A DNA stretch of 33,150 nucleotides from Myxococcaceae bacterium (GTDB taxonomy: Bacteria; Myxococcota; UBA727; JABDBI01). A model generated the notes under the pieces. The model was given only the letters and a program-made list of their open reading frames with translations, did not search any database and was not told the origin of the DNA. The stretch lies in the NCBI GenBank assembly GCA_037134495.1, contig JBAXMC010000003.1:1-33150 (forward strand). The letters are read 5' to 3'. A program made the position numbers and the translations under genes. Positions 27,566 through 33,150 of the stretch are shown piece after piece. The stretch's first letter is position 1. Every line of letters begins with the position of its first letter.

Positions 27566-28807
27566 TTACCGCAAAGCTTCTTCGCGTTGTTGTTTTAAAA
27601 AAGGTCTATCAATCTGTTCAGCCAGCATTTCAATATCGCTTCGAGTGACACCACAGGCCATAAAATGCTCTTTCCAAAGATTCACAGCTTTAGCAACGAT
27701 AGAAATCTCAGTCGCAGCTTGATCTTTTGTAAGTCCAAACATGGAGCAGAGCGACATTGCATTGCTGAGCGTTGAATCAGCTTCCTCTAAGCCAACACGC
27801 ATTTGTTGATAACCCAGCGCTTGTCCCGAAGGAAGAACATCGTAAGCTGGAGATAACTCATATTGCTGCGATTCGTTCACTAAAAGCGCATGATTCTTTT
27901 CATGGTCATCCGTATTATCGATCAAAATATTGAACACCATGCGACGAAACAATTCTCGCATTTGCTGAATATTAATATCGTCGGCAGTGACACCACGTCT
28001 GCGCAATAACAGAGCCAGTTCCGGATACCCAAAGCGTTCTTCTGCAGCTTGAAGTGCGACTCGCGCAGAAAGAGCATGCACTCGTCTATTTGCAATACGA
28101 TCAAAGCGTTTGATTGCAACAGCATGACCATAAGTCGTACGAATTGGTATCGTTTGAGCAACACAGATGGCCGCCTGAGAAGCCAACGTCATGGAAGCAT
28201 GTTCAATAAGCGGTGTATCTATAGGTTCGCCGTCCGAAAATTTAATTACCCAAGGTTCACCCTCAATGTTTAGCAAAGCCTTAGGTCTGGCTCCTCCCAA
28301 ACTAACACCAGGAGAAATTAGACGTTTTTGCTCTTCTGGAATTGATTCGTTTGCTAATACTTTTCTCACCAGCTCTTGCATGGCAGCTACATCACCTAAA
28401 ACAGGCAACGGACTTGCATGGCAAGGCTCATATTTTTCATTGGATACCGAGACTCCAAGCGCACCAAATCGGTCATCTCCTGCAAAATACAGATATTCAA
28501 GAAGCGACAAGCGAAGTGGCTTATCCAAAACGCGGATAACTTGTTCTCCCCATCGATCTGGTCTGGCATCATCTACTGCACCTGGAGCTGTATCTTTCTC
28601 AACCGGAAAGAATTCATCTGGGCCGTTCAAGGGAAGATCTTCGCTGACGCCAAACCCATGCTCTCTCCATGATTTTGCATAACGCAATGAAACCCCACGC
28701 GGGTTGCGCATCAGGTTAAGCTCACCAATCAGTTTTGGATTTTCAGGCTGAGTGAGCATCCAAAGAAACAATTGATCCACTGGTTGGTAAGAACTATGTC
28801 GACTCAT
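27566..28807 (-). CDS. hipA: HipA-family kinase toxin
   Basis: PDRWG, SLGGARPKA, KRFDR, NTDDHEKNH, LSPAYD. Confidence 0.93.
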   Translation of the reverse strand: MSRHSSYQPVDQLFLWMLTQPENPKLIGELNLMRNPRGVSLRYAKSWREHGFGVSEDLPLNGPDEFFPVEKDTAPGAVDDARPDRWGEQVIRVLDKPLRLSLLEYLYFAGDDRFGALGVSVSNEKYEPCHASPLPVLGDVAAMQELVRKVLANESIPEEQKRLISPGVSLGGARPKALLNIEGEPWVIKFSDGEPIDTPLIEHASMTLASQAAICVAQTIPIRTTYGHAVAIKRFDRIANRRVHALSARVALQAAEERFGYPELALLLRRRGVTADDINIQQMRELFRRMVFNILIDNTDDHEKNHALLVNESQQYELSPAYDVLPSGQALGYQQMRVGLEEADSTLSNAMSLCSMFGLTKDQAATEISIVAKAVNLWKEHFMACGVTRSDIEMLAEQIDRPFLKQQREEALR

Positions 28808-29135
28808 TTGTTTTTTTCCTCAGTGAACGCCGTCTTTTGATCTCACGGACATGCAGCTCGAGTGCACCTCGGTCATATTGAGGGTTTGCCAACTCAGCAA
28901 GCGCTTCTGTACGACCTATCATCCAAAGAGCTGTGGCATAGATGCCCATGCCGACACCTGAATCACCCTGCTCCATCCGAATCAACGTAGGAACCGATAC
29001 ACCAAGGCGCTTGGCCCACACACGCTGTGATTCATGACGCCGCATCCGCGCAACAGCCAAATCTTCCCCAAGCCGTTTCAAGGCATCGAAAGCTCTAGGA
29101 GGAAGCGAAGAGAGCGCAAGCGGAGACTTTGGCAT
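28794..29135 (-). CDS. XRE-family HTH protein (HipB-like antitoxin)
   Basis: LGEDLAVARMRR...AKRLGVSVPTLIRMEQGD; overlaps the hipA start. Confidence 0.88.
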   Translation of the reverse strand: MPKSPLALSSLPPRAFDALKRLGEDLAVARMRRHESQRVWAKRLGVSVPTLIRMEQGDSGVGMGIYATALWMIGRTEALAELANPQYDRGALELHVREIKRRRSLRKKTNEST

Positions 29136-29142
29136 AACATAG

Positions 29143-29170
29143 ACTTTATCAAAATAGAAAATTTAGTCAA
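29143..29170 (-). promoter_or_regulatory. Sigma70-like promoter of HTH-hipA (probably leaderless)
   Basis: Minus strand TTGACT-N16-TAAAGT, then 7 nt to ATG; no SD. Confidence 0.55.
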
Positions 29171-29208
29171 GTTTATATGTTCAATTCTCTCCAAAGCCAG
29201 CCATCGCA

Positions 29209-29236
29209 TTGACTTTCTTGTTATAAGATATATAAA
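29209..29236 (+). promoter_or_regulatory. Possible promoter of RCC1 protein B
   Basis: TTGACT-N16-TATAAA, then 6 nt to ATG 29243; no SD. Confidence 0.45.
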
Positions 29237-29242
29237 ACAAAC

Positions 29243-30436
29243 ATGTTCAAAGTTATCTTACTCTTACTCAGCCTCTCTCTCCAAGCGCAGCTCGCGCCTA
29301 TAGACAACTATTTGGGTTTGATCGGTGAACAACTTGAGCAAAAAATCCTGAACGATGAGCATTTGCTGCGCATGATTGCTGGCGCCGAGCAGGGCAAAAT
29401 TATTAACCCGATTACCGAACAAGAAGGCAGGATTAACTTACAGCGAGAAGTTTCCAGACAAGTTTTGGAGCAAATTATTCCGGGCTGTTTAGATGCTTCG
29501 CAGATTATCCCTTGGGTAACGGAGCGCCTGAGCCAGCAAACACGCGAACGCAAAGAAAAGAAGCAGAAACAAGAAGAGACCAAGAAACCCTGGAAAATTA
29601 AAAAAAACTCTATACTCTCTGCCGGTTATGTAAACAGTTGCACCATTCATACCAATGGTTTGCTCGAATGCTGGGGAGATAATTATTATGGTCAAACCAA
29701 CGTCCCTATCGATTTAGGACCTGTTCTGAGTGTTGCTGCAGGAGGTTATCACACCTGCGCCATCAAAGCCGATGGCACAGTCAAATGCTGGGGCAATAAT
29801 GGAAACGGTCGAAGCGAGGTCATCACTGATTTAGGACCTGTTCAAAGCATAGCTGCAGGCCACTATCATACTTGCGCCATCAATATTGATGGATTGCTCA
29901 AATGTTGGGGAAACAATGATAAAGGTCAAACCGATGTCCCCGCTGATTTAGGACCTGTTCAAAACCTCGCTGCAGGCTACTCTCATACTTGCGCCATCAA
30001 TATTGATGGATTGCTCAAGTGTTGGGGAAACAAGGGACAGGATCAAAGCGATGTCCCCACTGATTTAGGACCTGTTCAGATTATCGCCACAGGACATTTT
30101 CACACCTGCGCCATCACAGCAGAAGGGACAGTCCGATGCTGGGGTGATGATAGAAACGGCCAAACAAATGTCCCAGACGATTTAAGAGCTGTTCAAAGCC
30201 TCGCTGCAGGCCATTCTCATACTTGCGCCATCAATATTGATGGATTGCTCAAGTGTTGGGGAAACAATGAAAGTGGTCAAACGAAAGTTCCCGCTGATTT
30301 AGGACTTGTTCTAAGCATCGCTGTAGGCGACTATCATACTTGCGCCATCAATATTGATGGATTGCTCAAGTGTTGGGGAAACAATGGATATGGTCAAACC
30401 AACGTCCCTGAAGGTTTAAGGGTGGCGGTGGATTAA
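29243..30436 (+). CDS. Secreted RCC1/BLIP-II-like repeat protein B (paralog of A)
   Basis: Same length (397 aa), near-identical N-terminal domain, seven 39-aa repeats with a 117-nt period. Confidence 0.92.
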   Translation: MFKVILLLLSLSLQAQLAPIDNYLGLIGEQLEQKILNDEHLLRMIAGAEQGKIINPITEQEGRINLQREVSRQVLEQIIPGCLDASQIIPWVTERLSQQTRERKEKKQKQEETKKPWKIKKNSILSAGYVNSCTIHTNGLLECWGDNYYGQTNVPIDLGPVLSVAAGGYHTCAIKADGTVKCWGNNGNGRSEVITDLGPVQSIAAGHYHTCAINIDGLLKCWGNNDKGQTDVPADLGPVQNLAAGYSHTCAINIDGLLKCWGNKGQDQSDVPTDLGPVQIIATGHFHTCAITAEGTVRCWGDDRNGQTNVPDDLRAVQSLAAGHSHTCAINIDGLLKCWGNNESGQTKVPADLGLVLSIAVGDYHTCAINIDGLLKCWGNNGYGQTNVPEGLRVAVD

Positions 30437-30903
30437 TTTTGGCAGTTTTGTCGCATGGCCTCGAACACAAAAACGGCTGCACATTGAGCCAGATTTAAAG
30501 ACCTTATAGGCCCTGGTTGGGGCAATGTCAGAATCCGGTCACGATAAATGTCTTGGACTTCCTTTAAAACACTCGCTGTTTCAGGACCTAGAACCAATAC
30601 GTCGCCAGGTTCTATGTTTGCTTCCCAAGGCGCTTTAGAACCCCCTACTTCGATAATCCAAGGGTCTTTCCCTAAGAGTTTTAAGCACCGAAATATATCC
30701 TGGTGAAAATGAACGCGTGCACCTTCAAAATAATCTAGGCCAGCACGCCATTTGGTTTTGTCATTTTGCTCAAAAACCAGAGGGCCACAAATATGTAAAG
30801 CCACCTCTGTTCCAGCGCACAGCCTAACAATAGAAGCGATATTGGCAATAATGCGCGGCCTATCTAAAACCAGATGCAACCAAGGATCATTGAGCAGATT
30901 CAT
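30433..30903 (-). CDS. trmL: tRNA (cytidine(34)-2'-O)-methyltransferase, SpoU family
   Basis: PRIIANIASIVRLCA, RAGLDY, LGPET, RSLNLA, EAMRQ. Confidence 0.88.
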   Translation of the reverse strand: MNLLNDPWLHLVLDRPRIIANIASIVRLCAGTEVALHICGPLVFEQNDKTKWRAGLDYFEGARVHFHQDIFRCLKLLGKDPWIIEVGGSKAPWEANIEPGDVLVLGPETASVLKEVQDIYRDRILTLPQPGPIRSLNLAQCAAVFVFEAMRQNCQN

Positions 30904-30922
30904 ATCAAGGCTTTATAGCTGA

Positions 30923-31303
30923 TTAGAACTCAGTCTCATAAGCTTCTTTTCGTTTACTCCAGCTTGAATGCAACAAGACACTTAATTTGTGGTCTGTTAC
31001 TGTAATTTTAACGCAATCTCCCCAATCAAGTGTCTTAAACTCAACTTGAGCTGATTTTTTCTTGTCATGCAGCTCAGCATGGCATGTAAATTTTGTACCT
31101 GGCTCAGGGAAACCCAACCCGTCTCCCCAACCCAAATCATATTGCTCAAAATGGCTTTTAGCATTCTGCGTATCCAACTGAGCCTTAAAAGAAACTCCAT
31201 ATACTTTGGGGTCTGTGCTTGTACAAACTAAATCAACTTTATGAAGATTCATTCGTGGCATCCCAGCAGGATCTGCTAGTATCTCCGCACTCCGCATGAA
31301 CAT
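30923..31303 (-). CDS. Hypothetical protein, 5' end possibly frameshifted
   Basis: 126-aa ORF filling the gap; an out-of-frame ATG at 31343 (MKLLACC) and a signal-like LATFYVHA in a third frame. Confidence 0.45.
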   Translation of the reverse strand: MFMRSAEILADPAGMPRMNLHKVDLVCTSTDPKVYGVSFKAQLDTQNAKSHFEQYDLGWGDGLGFPEPGTKFTCHAELHDKKKSAQVEFKTLDWGDCVKITVTDHKLSVLLHSSWSKRKEAYETEF

Positions 31304-31404
31304 AAAAAGTCGCTAAAACAAAGCAACAAGCGAGTAGTTTCATACCTGGAGAACTCGGTTTCATGCTTGGATATTCCAAAGAATAGGCCGCTTGATTTCT
31401 GGCG

Positions 31405-32247
31405 CTAGAAAAGTCCTAATTCTATCAATCGATCCTTCAAAAAATCATCCGCTGTTCGAGCATGTGTCAAATACGCATCTTTTCGAGGATGCATAAAAAA
31501 CGGCATCGAATATCGATACCGATGGGCAGCATCCCCTGAAGGGTTCACCACTTGATGCGTGGTTGCTTTGTAATATCCAGCCGTCGCGATTTGAAGCATT
31601 TCTGCCGTGTTAATAATCATATCCCCGGGACCACAGTTCACCTCATGCCAAACGCCCTTCAAATCTTTAACTTGTAAACCAGGAGCCGTTCCAGCTGGCA
31701 AAAGCGTAATCAAATTCATGTCTTCATGAGCAGCCGACCGAACAGCTCTTTCCGCTTCATGACCTGTCAGCGGTGGATAATGAATCGGACGCAACAAATG
31801 CTCTTGGCTTTCCAAAACCATGTCTTTCAGTGAACTCACAAGTTTCTCGCGTGCTACCCCTGGCATTTCGCCTTCTATCCAGTCCAACAAAATATCAGCT
31901 AATTTGAGCATCTCAGACCGAAGTTCTCTCGTATGTTCTTGAGTATACATAGGACAAAGGCTGATATCTCGGACGTTATAGAATTCTTTCAAATCTTTTA
32001 GCCCGTAGCCTTTAGCTGTCTCAGATTTGTTTGGCGGAACATAACCCATCTGAGTTTGAGTACTAAACAGATAATCCCAGCGACTCTCAGAAGCAAAAAA
32101 AGCAGCCCAATCTTGATAAGTGCTTGAAATCAATCTCTGACTAATCGGGTGATTGATTAAAATCGCAAAACCCGTTTGGAGCAGAGAATCACTGAACTGG
32201 CGTTGGGCATCTGGTTTTGAATAATCAACGAGGCCGAGTGCTTGCAT
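31405..32247 (-). CDS. Isopenicillin N synthase-family 2OG-Fe(II) oxygenase
   Basis: HYPP, AAHEDMNLITLL (HxD), TTHQV, RYSMPFFMHP (RxS). Confidence 0.9.
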   Translation of the reverse strand: MQALGLVDYSKPDAQRQFSDSLLQTGFAILINHPISQRLISSTYQDWAAFFASESRWDYLFSTQTQMGYVPPNKSETAKGYGLKDLKEFYNVRDISLCPMYTQEHTRELRSEMLKLADILLDWIEGEMPGVAREKLVSSLKDMVLESQEHLLRPIHYPPLTGHEAERAVRSAAHEDMNLITLLPAGTAPGLQVKDLKGVWHEVNCGPGDMIINTAEMLQIATAGYYKATTHQVVNPSGDAAHRYRYSMPFFMHPRKDAYLTHARTADDFLKDRLIELGLF

Positions 32248-32307
32248 GCTTGTTTAGTAACTTAAAAACAGCTCTCATAAAAGTTTTTCTTTTTTTTGAA
32301 AGGCCAT

Positions 32308-32790
32308 TCAGCAGGAACCTCGCATGACCTGTGTACGCATCTCTTGTCCGTTCATACAGCAATGCCGAGCTGTCATTTTTACTCGTAACCACTTAGGCTC
32401 CAAAACAACAAACAAGACTTCTGCAACTTCAGCATTCAAACGTTCTTGCAGCTGGAGACGTTTAGCAAACGCCTCGACAACCAAACCAAATGCACCCGCT
32501 CCAGCAATGTATGCTCTAGGCTCATAGGCAATCTCAACCATCCCTAAGAATGGAAGAAAAGTATGTTCGCAGAGCGACATAAACGGGATATCTGGAATTT
32601 CAATCGTGCCGTTATAATTTGCAGGTGCTTCGATTCTATCTTTTTTAAGAATCAAGTGCGGCTCTAGAGCATAACCTTTTGTTAACTCGGTGAAAGCCTT
32701 GGCAGCCATAACAGGAGTTTTTTGAAGATCGAGGCGTTTAGGGTCATCACCAATCTTGTTTAATAAATCATGAAAAACGAGTTCCAGCAT
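32308..32790 (-). CDS. folE: GTP cyclohydrolase I-like protein (divergent)
   Basis: GDDPKR..L.KTP, SLCEH..LPF.G, AKRLQLQERL, ARHCCM; probable ATG at 32790. Confidence 0.8.
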   Translation of the reverse strand: MLELVFHDLLNKIGDDPKRLDLQKTPVMAAKAFTELTKGYALEPHLILKKDRIEAPANYNGTIEIPDIPFMSLCEHTFLPFLGMVEIAYEPRAYIAGAGAFGLVVEAFAKRLQLQERLNAEVAEVLFVVLEPKWLRVKMTARHCCMNGQEMRTQVMRGSC

Positions 32791-32833
32791 AGCTTGACAA
32801 CCTACGCCAAGTCCTGAATTCTGCCAACTGCCC

Positions 32834-33150
32834 ATGAAACCTATTAAATTTGAACATATCCCTGATGTAGGGCTGAGCATAAAACAAGAGTTCAGCGTTG
32901 ATGCTTTGTCGGAACTCTTAGATGAACCCAGTCGCGATCTCAGTTACAAAGCCATCGAGCCAGCCCATGTTCAGTTTATTTTAGAACGCAGTGGCAAAGA
33001 TGTTCTACTCACTGGAGGAGGCGATTTTGTATTCTCTCATCCTTGTGTAAGATGTTTAGAGCCGGTTAAAATCAAATATGAACTCTTACTTGATTTGAAG
33101 CTAGAGCACCCAGAAGTCATCGACTTGGAAGAATGCATGAGAGAAGAACT
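32834..33150 (+). CDS. YceD/DUF177-family protein (truncated by window)
   Basis: Open frame MKPIKFEHIPDVG...PCVRCLEPV...IDLEECMREE with the CxRCL motif. Confidence 0.85.
   Translation, partial: MKPIKFEHIPDVGLSIKQEFSVDALSELLDEPSRDLSYKAIEPAHVQFILERSGKDVLLTGGGDFVFSHPCVRCLEPVKIKYELLLDLKLEHPEVIDLEECMREE

Noticed and set aside
28191-28682. 163-aa plus-strand ORF and the other short antisense/nested ORFs in the track (e.g. 5514-5885, 6240-6653, 17495-17935)
   Set aside because: Shadows of well-supported genes, with no motifs of their own
26033-29242. TA stack as an integron cassette array
   Set aside because: No intI and no recognisable attC (RYYYAAC...GTTRRRY) structures; junctions are duplicated gene fragments
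32791-32880. N-terminal extension of folE given in the ORF track (likewise the extended starts at 5108, 14662, 16181, 19136, 24785, 27143)
   Set aside because: Most extensions overlap neighbouring genes and all precede the recognisable family N-termini or signal peptides; downstream starts fit better

Overview
Gene-dense, moderately AT-rich bacterial window. A MYXO-CTERM-like motif and a deltaproteobacterial-type pilin body suggest a Myxococcota-related lineage, and eukaryote-like secreted proteins suggest host association (both inferences). Housekeeping backbone: lpxC(partial)-lpxA-DegT-Gfo/Idh/MocA (gnnB/gnnA-like), trpS, rpmJ-rpsM-rpsK-rpoA-rplQ-tRNA(CAT)-leuS, asd, thiL, GST, RluA-family synthase, trmL, 2OG-Fe(II) oxygenase, folE-like, yceD(partial). 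Most notable: (1) an operon of three signal-peptide-bearing proteins: RavA/MoxR-type AAA+ ATPase, transglutaminase-vWA fusion and RCC1-repeat propeller; (2) integrase-free toxin-antitoxin islets bounded by short duplicated gene ends, at trpS and at the RCC1 gene; (3) a 37-bp palindromic repeat inserted in frame ([12 protein letters not shown]) in three unrelated genes, including a shrunken LeuRS editing domain; (4) a fused MYXO-CTERM-like/beta-barrel ORF, a secreted CD39-type NTPDase and several apparently leaderless genes. All calls come from reading motifs by eye; no searches were run.
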